Shown here piece by piece: positions 10,118 to 21,746 of a stretch of DNA of 64,000 nt (position 1 is the stretch's first letter; each line of letters opens with the position of its first letter). Under the pieces are notes generated by a model. The model was not told where the DNA came from and searched no databases. It saw only the letters and a list, made by a program, of their open reading frames with translations. This DNA comes from Spirochaetia bacterium (GTDB taxonomy: Bacteria > Spirochaetota > Spirochaetia > SZUA-6 > Bin103): contig CBDBDQ010000005.1 in the NCBI GenBank assembly GCA_965203905.1, forward strand, positions 2,624,001-2,688,000. The letters are read 5' to 3'. The translations under genes and the position numbers were made by a program.

Positions 10118-10462
10118 ATGCAGGTAGGCAAGGACTTGGTGGCCGCCTCCGCCACGCCCCTGGTGCTGGCCATCCTGCAGGAGGGCGAGAGCTACGGCTA
10201 CGCGATCATGAAGCGGGTCGCGGAGCTGTCCGGGGGCGAGCTCACGTGGACCGACGGGATGCTCTATCCGCTGCTGCACCGCCTGGAACGGCTGGGCTAC
10301 ATCGGCGCGCGATGGGGCGTGTCGGAGACCGGGCGGAAGCGCAGGTACTACCGCATCACGCCGGACGGACGGGCGCAGCTGGTGGTGCAGCGCCGCCAGT
10401 GGCAGGTGGTGGAAGCGACCCTGCGCCGGGTCCGGTGGGAGCCGGCTCCTGCGGCGGGTTGA
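10118..10462 (+). CDS. PadR family transcriptional regulator
   Basis: ESYGYAI, GMLYPLLHRLE and RKRRYYRIT motifs. Confidence 0.93.
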   Translation: MQVGKDLVAASATPLVLAILQEGESYGYAIMKRVAELSGGELTWTDGMLYPLLHRLERLGYIGARWGVSETGRKRRYYRITPDGRAQLVVQRRQWQVVEATLRRVRWEPAPAAG

Positions 10463-10464
10463 GT

Positions 10465-11841
10465 ATGGCGTCGGACAGGAACCTGGACCACCTGGAGGAG
10501 CAGATCGCCCAGTGGCGCGCGCACCTGGTGCGCCGTGGGGCAGTCGATCCCGCAGATGCCGAGGAGCTGGAGAGCCACCTGCGCGAGCAGGTGGCCGTGC
10601 TGCAGGATGGCGGCCTGGCAGTCGACGAAGCCTTCCTGGTCGCGGTCAAGCGGATGGGCAGCATCGACGCGGTGTCGCGCGAATTCGCGCGCGTCCACTC
10701 CGAGCGGTTGTGGAAGCAACTGGTGGCGGAGCCAGCGGGCAGCAGCGACCGGTCCCGCAGCGGGCGCACGGAGACCGCGGTCGCCGTAGGCCTCGCGTTT
10801 GTCGCCGCGACGGCGATCAAGGTGCCCGAGCTGTTCGGCCACCACTTCGGCAGCGCCGGCAGCGTGGGATTCTACGCCCGCAACGCCTCGCTGTTCGTCC
10901 TGCCGCTGCTGGCCGGCTACTTCCTCTGGAAGCGTGGCTGGGACCGGCGCCGCTGTTTGTGGCTGGCGCTGCCGTTCGTCGCCGCCGGCGTGCTCGCCAA
11001 CGCTTTTCCGTTCGCACCGGATGGAGCCACCGTGGTGCTGACCGCTATCCATCTGCCGATAGCCCTGTGGCTGGCGGTGGGCATCGCCTATGCCGGAGGG
11101 CGCTGGAACACCGTTGCCGGACGCATGGACTTCGTGCGCTTCTCGGGGGAGCTGTTCATCTACTATGTGCTGTTTGCCCTCGGCGGCGGCGTGCTCGCGC
11201 TCTTCACCGGGACCATGTTCGACGCCATCGGCCTGGATGTGGGCTGGCTGTTGGAGACCTGGCTGCTGCCGTGCGGTGCGCTCGGCGCGATGCTCGTCGG
11301 TGCCTGGCTGGTGGAGCAGAAGCAGAGCGTGATCGAGAACATGGCGCCGGTGCTCACGCGCGTGTTCACGCCGCTGTTCGCGGCGGTGCTGCTGGCATTT
11401 CTGGTGACCATGGTGTGGACCGGCAGCGGCATCGACGTCGAGCGCGAGGTGCTGATCGGCTTCGACCTGCTGCTGGTGCTGGTGGTGGGCCTGCTGCTGT
11501 TCGCGGTTTCGGCGCGCGACCCGCAGGCGCCGCGCGACGCCTTCGATGCGCTGCAGCAGCTCCTGGTGGTGGCGGCATTGATAGTCGACGTGGTGGCGCT
11601 GGCGGCGATCGCGGGGCGCATCTCCGAGTTCGGCTTGAGCGCCAACAAGCTTGCCGCGCTGGGCGAGAACCTCATCCTGCTGGTCAACCTGGCGGGCTCG
11701 GCTCTGCTCTACGCCCGTTTCCTGCGCGGCGCCGGCACCTTCACCGCCCTGGAGCGCTGGCAGACCGCCTACCTGCCCGTCTACGCCGTATGGGCGGCCA
11801 TCGTGGTGATCGTGTTCCCGCCGCTGTTCGGCTACCGGTAG
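10465..11841 (+). CDS. Membrane protein with N-terminal 'permease prefix domain 1'
   Basis: ELESHLRE...EAFLVAVKRMG prefix followed by many TM helices. Directly follows the PadR gene. Confidence 0.8.
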   Translation: MASDRNLDHLEEQIAQWRAHLVRRGAVDPADAEELESHLREQVAVLQDGGLAVDEAFLVAVKRMGSIDAVSREFARVHSERLWKQLVAEPAGSSDRSRSGRTETAVAVGLAFVAATAIKVPELFGHHFGSAGSVGFYARNASLFVLPLLAGYFLWKRGWDRRRCLWLALPFVAAGVLANAFPFAPDGATVVLTAIHLPIALWLAVGIAYAGGRWNTVAGRMDFVRFSGELFIYYVLFALGGGVLALFTGTMFDAIGLDVGWLLETWLLPCGALGAMLVGAWLVEQKQSVIENMAPVLTRVFTPLFAAVLLAFLVTMVWTGSGIDVEREVLIGFDLLLVLVVGLLLFAVSARDPQAPRDAFDALQQLLVVAALIVDVVALAAIAGRISEFGLSANKLAALGENLILLVNLAGSALLYARFLRGAGTFTALERWQTAYLPVYAVWAAIVVIVFPPLFGYR

Positions 11842-11868
11842 TACGGTAGTAGCAAGGATACACGCGTG

Positions 11869-13307
11869 CTACTTGCCGATGCAGAAGTGGGCGAAGATCC
11901 GGTTGAGCACGTCGTCGCTGGCGACGATGCCGATGATCTCCTCCAGGTGGGTGACGGCGGCACGCAGATCGGCCGCCACCAGCTCACCTCCGGCGCCGGC
12001 CGTGGCCGCGTCGCGGGCGCGGGCCAGCGCGGCGTCGGCACGCTGCAGGTTGTCGCGGTGGCGGGCGCTGGCCACCAGGGAGCTGCGTTCGGTGTAGCCT
12101 GAGCCGTCCTGCCCCACGGTGCGCGCCACCAGCAGCCGGCTCAACGCATCGATTCCCTGCCCGGTCCTGGCCGACACCGTGAGCGCCGGCCGCGGCGCCG
12201 ACGTACCGTTCGTGGCCGCGGTCAGATCGCACTTGTTGGCGATCACCACCACCTCCGGGGTGACGGACGCCGTCGTGGGGGTCGGCGTCGCAGCGTCGGT
12301 GACCGCACCCCGAACCTGCGCCAGGGCGGCATGGGGAAACGGCTCGTCCGCGGCGGTCACGAACAACACCAGGTCGGCGTCGGCGACGGTGGCGATACTG
12401 CGTTCCACGCCGAGCCGCTCGACGGTCTCGTCGGTGACCCGCAGGCCGGCGGTGTCGTGCAACCGCACCGGCACGCCGTGGAGGTCGAGGTCTTCGCGGA
12501 TCACGTCGCGGGTGGTGCCCGGTACGTCAGTGACCAGCGCCCGCGACTCCTGCGCCAGCCGGTTCAGCAGCGACGACTTGCCGACGTTGGGCGGTCCGGC
12601 AAGCACCACGTGCACGCCGTCGCGGAGCATGCGTCCGGTGCGAAAGGTCGCCAGCATCGCGGCGATGGCGCTCCGCACCTCGGCCACGCGCGCGGCAATC
12701 TCTTCCGCCGGCGCCAGCTCCACGTCCTCCTCCGCGAAGTCCAGCTCCAGTTCCACGCGCGCCGCGCACTCCAGCAACTGGTGCCGCAAGCCCGCCACCT
12801 GCGCGCCGAGCGCGCCGTCGAGCCGGTTGCGGGCGCCGCGCAGGGCGGCCGCGGTAGCGGACTGGATCACCTCGGCCACCGCCTCGGCCTGGGTCAGGTC
12901 CAGCTTGCCGTTGAGGAAGGCACGCCGGGTGAACTCGCCCGGCTCCGCCGCCCGCGCACCGCAGCGCAGGAGGGCGCCGACCACGGTCGCGGCCACCAGG
13001 TTGGATCCGTGGCAGCTGATCTCGACGGTGTCCTCGCCGGTGTAGCTGGCCGGCGCCCGGAACACCGTGGCGATGACGTCGTCCACCACCTGGTCGCCGT
13101 CCGGCCCGCCCGGAGCGGCCCGCTGCTGGATGAGGCCGTAGTGCGCGGTGTGGGTCGCGACTGCGCGCAACGGCCGGCGCCCGCGGAAGGCGCCGTCGGC
13201 CACCGCCAGTGCGGCGGGACCGCTGAGGCGCACGATTGCCAGCGCTCCCGTGCCGGGCGGCGTGGCGATGGCGACGATGGTGTCGCCGCTGGGATCGGCA
13301 GACGCCG

Positions 13308-13311
<4 letters not shown>
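11869..13311 (-). CDS. mnmE: tRNA modification GTPase MnmE (TrmE)
   Basis: DTIVAIATPPG, EFTRRAFLNGK, GPPNVGKSS, GTTRD, DTAG, NKCD and terminal FCIGK. Confidence 0.98.
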
Positions 13312-14441
<1,130 letters not shown>

Positions 14442-14444
14442 CGG

Positions 14445-14783
14445 TTACGAGGGAGCGTACTCCGGCCGCATCGGGGAGAACACCTCGACGAACTCGCTGT
14501 CCTCGAGGACCTCCGCGGCGTGGTACTCGTGGGGGCCGAAGAAGTAGCTCGTGCCCGCCTCGGCGATGAAGCGCTCGTCCCCCTCGCCGCGCTGGAACCG
14601 CACCTTGCCCTTGATGCAGAAGCCGCTCTGCACCGCGGGATGGTTGTGCAACGGAATCTTCGCGCCCTTCTTGGCGTTGAAGTGACACAGCATCGCCTCG
14701 GCGCCGTAGCTCAGCGTGGTGCGGAACACGCCATCCGGGCCCTCTTCCGTCTTGGCATTGTTCAGGTCAGTCAGATTGATCAT
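14445..14783 (-). CDS. Cupin domain protein
   Basis: IPLHNHP...HEYHAA...EVFSPMR. ATG at 14783 with an upstream GGAGG. Confidence 0.85.
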   Translation of the reverse strand: MINLTDLNNAKTEEGPDGVFRTTLSYGAEAMLCHFNAKKGAKIPLHNHPAVQSGFCIKGKVRFQRGEGDERFIAEAGTSYFFGPHEYHAAEVLEDSEFVEVFSPMRPEYAPS

Positions 14784-14910
14784 GTGCAAGCCTCCGCGGC
14801 TGATTGTACTAGAGCGGTGCCCGCTACGGCGACCGGGGGCCGGCGCAGCCGGTCGCACGCCCTTTGACAGCAAGCCCCCGCGGCAGTAGCTTGGGGCGAG
14901 GAGATCCGCC

Positions 14911-15255
14911 GTGCAGGAAACGATCACCCGCCAGCCGCTGATCAACGTCAGCGAGCGCGCCATTGCCGAGGTCGCCCGGCTCGCCGGCGACAGCGACCAG
15001 TTCCTCCGCATCTGGGTTACCGAGGGCGGCTGCGCCGGCATGACCTACGAGGCCTCGGTCGACACCACCGAGACCCCGTTCGACCGCCGGCTGTTCACCT
15101 CCGGCCAGGTACGGATCGTGGCCGACCGCAACAGCGCCGAGCACGTCGACGGCCTGGAGATCGACTACTCGGACGACCTGATCAACCTCGGCTTCCGCTT
15201 TCGCAACCCCAACGCCAGCAAGGCGTGCGGCTGCGGCTCCAGCTTCGCGGTCTGA
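14911..15255 (+). CDS. A-type Fe-S cluster carrier (HesB/IscA/ErpA family)
   Basis: GGCAG and NPNASKACGCGSSF motifs. Confidence 0.93.
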   Translation: MQETITRQPLINVSERAIAEVARLAGDSDQFLRIWVTEGGCAGMTYEASVDTTETPFDRRLFTSGQVRIVADRNSAEHVDGLEIDYSDDLINLGFRFRNPNASKACGCGSSFAV

Positions 15256-15259
15256 CCCG

Positions 15260-15475
15260 GTGGCAGTTCAGGCGGTCGACATCACCGGCGGCGAGTCGGT
15301 CTACTGCATCAACCAGGCCCAGCTCGCGGCCGCCTTCCGCCTCGCGCAGCAGGATCCCGAAGCCGGCCCCCGGATCAACGCGGCCCTCGGCACCATCCAG
15401 CGCGACCTGAGCCGCAACGAGCAGGCGGCCCTGGCCTTCGTCCTGATCGACAAGCTGCTCAAGACTTCCACCTAG
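15260..15475 (+). CDS. Small hypothetical protein
   Basis: 71-aa ORF with host-like codon usage, 4 nt after the Fe-S carrier gene. Confidence 0.65.
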   Translation: MAVQAVDITGGESVYCINQAQLAAAFRLAQQDPEAGPRINAALGTIQRDLSRNEQAALAFVLIDKLLKTST

Positions 15476-16079
15476 CCGCTTCTACATCGGAGGCACCGCG
15501 TCCAGGCCCCTGCGTCCAGACTTCGACCACGCAGTAGGGGCCGGGCTCGCAGTTGCCGGTGGCGAAGTCGCGCGCCATCGCCCGCGCCGTGTCCAGATCG
15601 TCCACCAGGCAGTAACGGTTCACCGCGTACTCTTCCGCCATGTAGTTACAGGACATCGGCGAGCAGCCGAAACTCAGCGTGGAGTCCTCTTCCGGCGCGT
15701 GTCCAACCTGACGTAAGTGCTCTGTCAGGTGTACGACGGCGTCGAAGCCGATGCGGATGAAGCTGGCCGGGATCGGCACCGCCTCGATCTCGGGCAGCGT
15801 CAGCTCGGTCTCCTTGCCCGAATCGTGGAACAGGGTTGGCAGCAGCCGGTAGGCATACAGCCGGTAGCGCTCGCGGTCTGCCTCCGGCACTACCCACCAG
15901 GCCGCCCCCGGGTTGTCGAACAGCCAGGTGTCGGTGTTGTGCAGCCAGCAGTCGACCCAGTCGGGCGGTGCCTTGGAGAGACACTCGCTGACGCTGCAGA
16001 TCTCCTCGACGCCTGGGTATCGCGGCGCGTCCACGATCCGCTTGGGCAGATAGCCGATGAGTATCGTGTCACCGTGCAT
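15459..16079 (-). CDS. Hypothetical protein
   Basis: Protein-like composition (EEICSVSEC, CSPMSCN, CEPGPYCVVEVW). Start uncertain. Confidence 0.7.
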   Translation of the reverse strand: MHGDTILIGYLPKRIVDAPRYPGVEEICSVSECLSKAPPDWVDCWLHNTDTWLFDNPGAAWWVVPEADRERYRLYAYRLLPTLFHDSGKETELTLPEIEAVPIPASFIRIGFDAVVHLTEHLRQVGHAPEEDSTLSFGCSPMSCNYMAEEYAVNRYCLVDDLDTARAMARDFATGNCEPGPYCVVEVWTQGPGRGASDVEAARWKS

Positions 16080-16275
16080 CCCGATCCCTGCCCTTACCGT
16101 ATGGTAACCCAGCCTCGCCAAGGAGCCTCATGGGCAGCGGTCCGATCGCTATATCGACACCATACGCGCCCGCATCGGTGAGGATACTGTCCCCTCTTTC
16201 GTTGATACTTTCCAAGTGCAAGCTCCAAGTCCTGAGACACTACAAACTCTCCGCGTAACCGGCGCGGCAGCCGAG

Positions 16276-17310
16276 CTAGCACCCAGGCAACCGTCCGCCC
16301 GTATCGCACCCCACCGCGCCCCCGCCACCGTCCGGCAGCGTCGCTCCGGTCAGGCTGGCACGGCTCAGGTTGGCATTTAGTAGGGCGGCACGGCTCAGGT
16401 CCGCAAGATGCAACTCAGCGGCCACCAAGTTGGCAAACCGTAGACTGGTGCCAGTCAGGACGGCTTCGATCAGGGAGGCTTCGAACAGGTTTGCGCCACG
16501 CAGGTTTGCACCACGCAGGTCAGCGCCGTTCAGGTGCGCGTAGGACAGGTTGGCTTGGGCCAAGTCGGCACCACGCAGGTCAGCGTCCCCCAGGTCGGCG
16601 TCGGCCAAGTTGGCAAGGCGCAGGTCAGCATCGGTCAGCGTCGCACCGCTCAGGTCAGCGCCGAACAGGATTGCACCGAACAGGTTTGCACCACGCAGGT
16701 CAGCACCGCTCAGATCGGCGCCAGCCAAGTTGACAAACCGCAGGCCGGCGTCGGCCAAGTCAGCACCACCCAAGTCGGCACCGGAACAGTTTGGGAGACA
16801 GCGCTCGGGCCGGGTCGTGCCCTCGGGCTCGGCCGCCAACTTGTAGACACCTCCTACCGCCGCCCCTACCCTTTCGCGGGCGGTATCCGGCCGTGCCCCG
16901 CCGAACCGCGCCGATACGTACAGCGTGAATACCTCTCGGCACTTCACCGGCAGGGCTGCCCCGCGCGCCACTGGCGCTACTTCGATGACCAGCCGGTGCA
17001 ATGTTTCGACCAGCTCCGGCAGCGGCTCATGCAACCCCGCATCGTCGATCAACCCATTGGTCACAAACACCAAGTCCGCCGCGTCACTGGCACGCGATAG
17101 GTCGGCGCAGGCATCAGCCATACGCGGCAGTACGTAGCGGTAGCGCTTCGCGGTCTGCACTTGGTTACGGGCACGTACCCCCGATTGCGCCGCCAGCTTT
17201 TCGGCGTAGTCCTGCGCCGCCGTCATACTCACGGGCCAGCACAGCAGCACGGCCACTATCAACGGCCACCAATTGCGCCTACGGCCTATCTCACAGATGC
17301 TCCGTCGCAT
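16276..17310 (-). CDS. Secreted pentapeptide-repeat protein
   Basis: Hydrophobic signal-like N-terminus and many A(D/N)LxG repeats in the C-terminal half. Confidence 0.85.
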   Translation of the reverse strand: MRRSICEIGRRRNWWPLIVAVLLCWPVSMTAAQDYAEKLAAQSGVRARNQVQTAKRYRYVLPRMADACADLSRASDAADLVFVTNGLIDDAGLHEPLPELVETLHRLVIEVAPVARGAALPVKCREVFTLYVSARFGGARPDTARERVGAAVGGVYKLAAEPEGTTRPERCLPNCSGADLGGADLADAGLRFVNLAGADLSGADLRGANLFGAILFGADLSGATLTDADLRLANLADADLGDADLRGADLAQANLSYAHLNGADLRGANLRGANLFEASLIEAVLTGTSLRFANLVAAELHLADLSRAALLNANLSRASLTGATLPDGGGGAVGCDTGGRLPGC

Positions 17311-17696
17311 GCTTGCCGATCATCGCACGCGCCGCAGCGGGCCGCCAGCGTGCGGGAACCGATCAACGCTGGTAACAACACGGCGGCAGGCGCAGTTGGC
17401 GGGGGCTTGTAGCGCCGTTCTCGGTAGGGGTCACCAAGTCGGCCTGGTGCGGCGCAGGGCTGGGAGTGGCGAAAGTTCTTCGAGATTCCTGCGCTCGTGC
17501 GCCATCCGATGGCTTCGTGGCGTTTCCCCACACCACCTGCGCGGCGATCACTGTCAGTGAGACGCATTCCAGAACGGTCTCACGGGTGGACGGTTTCTTC
17601 TTCGCTTTCGAATCGCCACCGGGCTGCGCCTCGGGGTCACTCGTCGGCGTGAGGATATTTGATCACTTCCTCGCCGCCTTCCTTCGGGAGCGTGGA

Positions 17697-18407
17697 TCAG
17701 AAACTCACCCCCTTTTCATATGGTTCTATCTCCAAAGTCACAAGCCTTTTTCCTAAATCAACTTCAAGCCGAACGAACACATCGTCTCTCAAGTCATTCT
17801 TCGCATACACCTTCGTTCCAGACTCCGAAGCTCTGCTAATAGTGTAAGCAAGATTATCGGTGACCCAATTAGAACCCCAGGAAACGGTAGCTCCAAGTGC
17901 AATTTGCATGCTCATTGCTATTAATGCGTTTTGTTCTCGAGTTGATGATGCTTCCCCTGTTACAAATATCTCTCGGATATAGTTACTTCCAGACATCCTA
18001 ACGCGCACCGGTCCCCAGGTTGCAGTTGTTTGTCGACGGCCGCGATTGATAGAAAATCCCCCGTCACGAAACAATCCTGCCAAGACATCCACTGTGAGAT
18101 TCCCGCCGGCTGCAGCGGGCAAGATTTTAACCTCAGGAATTAGTTCTGTAGCTGGCTTCGCGGGAGTGCTTGCCGGCTCCGGTTCAGTTGGGGTGTTCGA
18201 GAGAGTGCGTCTTGCCGCCGGTTGTTCTGCCGGTGGTGGCATCGTCGGCAGCGGTGCCCGGTTCTCGCTGAAAAGGACAAGTGCGGCCACCAGCAACACC
18301 AATACCGTTGGCCACCAGACGCGCAAACCGCTACCCATTTTCCCGCGCGGGGGCCGGGGTACCGGCAGCGGCCACGACGGCAACGCTGGCCTCCCCGGTC
18401 CATGCAA
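17697..18407 (-). CDS. Hypothetical membrane-anchored protein
   Basis: One TM segment, a Pro-rich linker and a low-GC C-terminal domain. Start uncertain, possibly MGSGLRV. Confidence 0.55.
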   Translation of the reverse strand: MHGPGRPALPSWPLPVPRPPRGKMGSGLRVWWPTVLVLLVAALVLFSENRAPLPTMPPPAEQPAARRTLSNTPTEPEPASTPAKPATELIPEVKILPAAAGGNLTVDVLAGLFRDGGFSINRGRRQTTATWGPVRVRMSGSNYIREIFVTGEASSTREQNALIAMSMQIALGATVSWGSNWVTDNLAYTISRASESGTKVYAKNDLRDDVFVRLEVDLGKRLVTLEIEPYEKGVSF

Positions 18408-18571
18408 TCCGTCTCATGCCTACCGATCATGGCACGCGCCACAGCGAGGCCGCAAGCGCGCATTGGTATAGTAGCGTCGACTTCGAGTTGGCACATCGGC
18501 ATCGGATTGGTGAGCGGTGTGGCTGTGGTACTCTGTCTTGCTTTCGCAATGGTTCGGGCACTCGGCTGAGC

Positions 18572-18964
18572 TTACGCCAGGTGTGATCGGATCCAGTTAG
18601 CGAGTTCGGGCTCGCCGATGCGGCCAGCGGCGACGGCCTCCATGGTGCGGATGGCGTCGACCGGGTCGAATTCGCGACGCCTGCCGTTGTCGGACAGGAA
18701 CAGGCGCGCGGTGACCCAGGCGGTGCGCTTGTTGCCGTCGAGGAAGCCGTGGTTCTTGGCGATTCCGTAGGCGTAGGCGGCTGCCAGGTCCGCGGCGTCG
18801 GGACTCCCGTAGCGCGCGAGGTCGGCCGGCCGCGCCAGGGCGGATTCCACCATGCCTCGATCGCGAATACCATCCATGCCGCCATGCTCGGCGAGTTGGC
18901 GGTCGTGGATCGTGAAGAGGACGCTGCTCGCAACCCAACGCCATGCCTTGGCGTCGGCGCTCAC
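18572..18964 (-). CDS. doc: Doc/Fic family toxin (death-on-curing)
   Basis: HGFLDGNKRTA Fic/Doc motif. Confidence 0.93.
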   Translation of the reverse strand: MSADAKAWRWVASSVLFTIHDRQLAEHGGMDGIRDRGMVESALARPADLARYGSPDAADLAAAYAYGIAKNHGFLDGNKRTAWVTARLFLSDNGRRREFDPVDAIRTMEAVAAGRIGEPELANWIRSHLA

Positions 18965-19194
18965 TTGGCAAGCGCTCGCAGCACCTCACGGTCGTCATGC
19001 ATGATTTCTTCGGCCAGTTCCATCTGCCGGGCGAAGTCGGGATCGTAGGGGGTAAGCCGATAGGCGCCATCGGGCGCCTCGGTGAGGTAGAGCGTGTCGC
19101 CCTTCTTGACCCCGAGCCGTGCCAGCGCCGCTTTGGTAAGGATCACACCGGACGACGCGCCTACGGTGGTTACCTTGAACGAGAGCATGTCCAT
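18961..19194 (-). CDS. AbrB/MazE-type antitoxin of Doc
   Basis: KVTTVGASSGVIL...GDTLYL. Overlaps doc by 4 nt. Confidence 0.9.
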   Translation of the reverse strand: MDMLSFKVTTVGASSGVILTKAALARLGVKKGDTLYLTEAPDGAYRLTPYDPDFARQMELAEEIMHDDREVLRALAK

Positions 19195-19326
19195 CTCGGT
19201 ATCATATAATGTGGATTATATACCCGATGGGTCAACGGCTTGATGCCTGAGCCTTCCGCGGGTGATCCGAAGGTATGGAACCGGCACCGGCGTGTTTGAG
19301 TTATACTGCGTGCAAGAGGTCATACC

Positions 19327-19605
19327 ATGGCAAATGTAGTAGGACATAAGGGCCAAGTCGTCATCGCCAAGGAGATCCGGGACTCGCTGGGAATCTCTCC
19401 CGGGTGGGTGGCGCTGCAACGGATCGTCGGCGATCATGTGGAGATCCGTTTCCTCCCACCTGAACATCGAGAGTCGCTGAAGGGAAGCCTCGCTCCCTAT
19501 ATCAGACACCACATCCCTTCGAGTGCTGAATTCGCGGACGCCAAGGAACGGGCGTGGCACAGTGCCGCTCAAGAGCGATCGGGTCGGCAGGCGCGATCCG
19601 AGTGA
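19327..19605 (+). CDS. AbrB/MazE/SpoVT family antitoxin
   Basis: KGQVVIAKEIRDSLGISPG motif. Confidence 0.88.
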   Translation: MANVVGHKGQVVIAKEIRDSLGISPGWVALQRIVGDHVEIRFLPPEHRESLKGSLAPYIRHHIPSSAEFADAKERAWHSAAQERSGRQARSE

Positions 19606-20015
19606 GCGATCTGATTGACACCTCGCTGATCGTCAGATACCTGACCGGCGATCCACCTCACCTGGCCGATCTCAGCGCACAGTTGATCGACGGCGAGGCC
19701 AATCTGACTATCACCGACGTCGTACTCCTGGAGTCGGCCCATGTGCTCCGCTCGGTGTATGGCGTTCCGCGCGAGAGGGTTGTCGACCAACTCGTGGCGC
19801 TGCTGCGCAGGGCGAACATTGGCACCTTCCCGATGCGGAAGGAGCAGATGATCGAGGCGCTCCAGTTGTGCCGCCCGTCGGGACGGGTGTCGTTCGGCGA
19901 CGCCATGATCTGGGCCGTGGCCCGGTTCACCGGTCGGGCCATATTCACCCTCGACGAACGGTTTCCAGGCGACGGAATCACCAGACATCGACTCACGGAG
20001 GGTACGGGCCAATAG
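19602..20015 (+). CDS. vapC: PIN-domain VapC toxin
   Basis: IDTSLIVR, LLES, SFGDAMI and FTLD acidic PIN residues. GTG start overlaps the antitoxin stop. Confidence 0.88.
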   Translation: MSDLIDTSLIVRYLTGDPPHLADLSAQLIDGEANLTITDVVLLESAHVLRSVYGVPRERVVDQLVALLRRANIGTFPMRKEQMIEALQLCRPSGRVSFGDAMIWAVARFTGRAIFTLDERFPGDGITRHRLTEGTGQ

Positions 20016-20077
20016 AGAACCGCGTGTCGGACGCCGTCGGCCGCTCAAGCTTGCGCGTCTCGCGGCAGCAGGCCACC

Positions 20078-20941
20078 TCAGATGCGGGCGCCGATGCGGT
20101 TGCCGGACTCGTAGCGGCGCAGGCCCAGGGCGAACACGGCCCAGGCGGCCGCGATGAGCGCAGCGTCGCCGCCGACGATGGCCGCCAGCAACCCCCAGTC
20201 CAACCCCATGCCGCCGGCCAGCGCGCGAAACAGCTCCGCCGGCAGGTGCGCGACCAGCGCTGCCGGGATCAGGGTGTGCAGGATCACGGCCACTACCGGT
20301 CCGTCGAAGATGGTGCCCGGATAGATGGAGAAGTTGATGATCTGTTCCGAGCCTACCCCGGCCAGGTCCTCGGCGTTGCCGAGCAGGAAGGTCAGGCTGT
20401 GGTACAGGACGCGGACCGCGACCAGCACGCCGGCCGCCAGCAGCACGAACAGCAGGTAGAGGCCGATGCCGGCCGGGGTGAGCGGCTGGCTGACGGCGAA
20501 CAGCCCCAGCCCGTACAACAGATCCCCCCAGCTCGACACCGACATGCGCGAGGCCAGCAGGTTGGGCAGCACCGGCTTGGGCTGGGTCAGGTACACGTCG
20601 AGGTCGCCCTGGTAGACGATGCGCGACAGGTAGGCGGCGTTGCCGCAGACGATGGAGCCGAGACCGAAGCCGGCGGCCGCGACAGCCCACAGAAACATCA
20701 CGTCGGTGAAGGTGTAGCCGCGGATCGGCGCCTCGATTGCCTGGAACAGGATCGCCCAGAAGGCGATGAACATGGCGTTGTTGGCCGCCATGGCGATCAC
20801 CTGGATCGCGAACGGGACCGGGTATGCGGTGTTGGCGGCCAGGTTGACGCGGAAATAGCGGACCAGCAGGCGCAACGTGCGGCCGCAACGCGTGACGAAT
20901 CTGCGGTGCCGCGCGCGAGGGCGGGCTCGGTCAACCGCCAT
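20078..20941 (-). CDS. ABC-2 family permease (ABC2_membrane_6/DUF990)
   Basis: GDLDVYLTQP, YPGTIF and GLRRYESG motifs. Confidence 0.88.
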   Translation of the reverse strand: MAVDRARPRARHRRFVTRCGRTLRLLVRYFRVNLAANTAYPVPFAIQVIAMAANNAMFIAFWAILFQAIEAPIRGYTFTDVMFLWAVAAAGFGLGSIVCGNAAYLSRIVYQGDLDVYLTQPKPVLPNLLASRMSVSSWGDLLYGLGLFAVSQPLTPAGIGLYLLFVLLAAGVLVAVRVLYHSLTFLLGNAEDLAGVGSEQIINFSIYPGTIFDGPVVAVILHTLIPAALVAHLPAELFRALAGGMGLDWGLLAAIVGGDAALIAAAWAVFALGLRRYESGNRIGARI

Positions 20942-21746
20942 GGGCGTGTACCCTGCGCATGCCGAGGCGAAACAGCCCCAGCGCCGCGGCGCCCAGCACC
21001 ACGGCGTACAGCGCCGTGCCGAGCAGCGCCTCGCGGAACAGCTCCGGAGCGGGATCCACCAGCATCCGCGCCGGCCAGTAGGCCTGGAACGCGAACGGCA
21101 GGCGCGCGGCCACACCGCCGAGCCACGGCGGCAGCAGGTCCAGGGGAAAGAACATGCCGCCGACGATGAACACCAGCTTCTGATGGATCCAGTGGAACGG
21201 CAGCACCGACTCGAACCAGAAGGCGCTGATGCCGATGATCAGCAGCCACAGGCAGTTGAGCAGCAGCGCGCCGGCGAGCAGGGTCAGGCCGCCGGGCAGC
21301 GCCGCCGCCAGACCTGGCAGCGGCCCCACCAGCGCCAGTGCCACAACTGCGCCCGCCAGGCCGATCGGCAACGTCTTGGTGAGCGCCTGCCCCAGGGCGC
21401 GGGCGAGCGCGAACAGGGGATAAGAGTAGGGCCGCACCAGGCCGTAGGCGATGCTGCCGTCCTGCACCTGCTCCTGGATCTCGGTCATCACCGTCGGCCG
21501 GGCCAGCTCCACCATCTCGGTGAATACCAGGTACCAGGTGAGTTGCACCACGGTGAGGCCGCGGAGCTGGCCGTCGCCGCCGGTGATCGCGCGCCACAGG
21601 GTGTTGAAGACGAACACGAAGATCACCAGCAGCACGCCGCGCGTCAGGAGCGCGGCGGGGTAGGCGAGCTGGTCGCGGCCGGCGTAGGTGAGGGCACGTC
21701 CATAGCGGCGCAGCCAGGGCCCGCAGCGGGCGACTGCGGCGATCAC
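20931..21746 (-). CDS. ABC-2 family permease (ABC2_membrane_6/DUF990)
   Basis: DGSIAYGLVRP, GGMFFPLDLLP and terminal HGG. Confidence 0.88.
   Translation of the reverse strand: MIAAVARCGPWLRRYGRALTYAGRDQLAYPAALLTRGVLLVIFVFVFNTLWRAITGGDGQLRGLTVVQLTWYLVFTEMVELARPTVMTEIQEQVQDGSIAYGLVRPYSYPLFALARALGQALTKTLPIGLAGAVVALALVGPLPGLAAALPGGLTLLAGALLLNCLWLLIIGISAFWFESVLPFHWIHQKLVFIVGGMFFPLDLLPPWLGGVAARLPFAFQAYWPARMLVDPAPELFREALLGTALYAVVLGAAALGLFRLGMRRVHAHGG

Noticed and set aside
16330-16790. 15-bp periodic repeats as a non-coding array
   Set aside because: Fully explained by pentapeptide-repeat coding.
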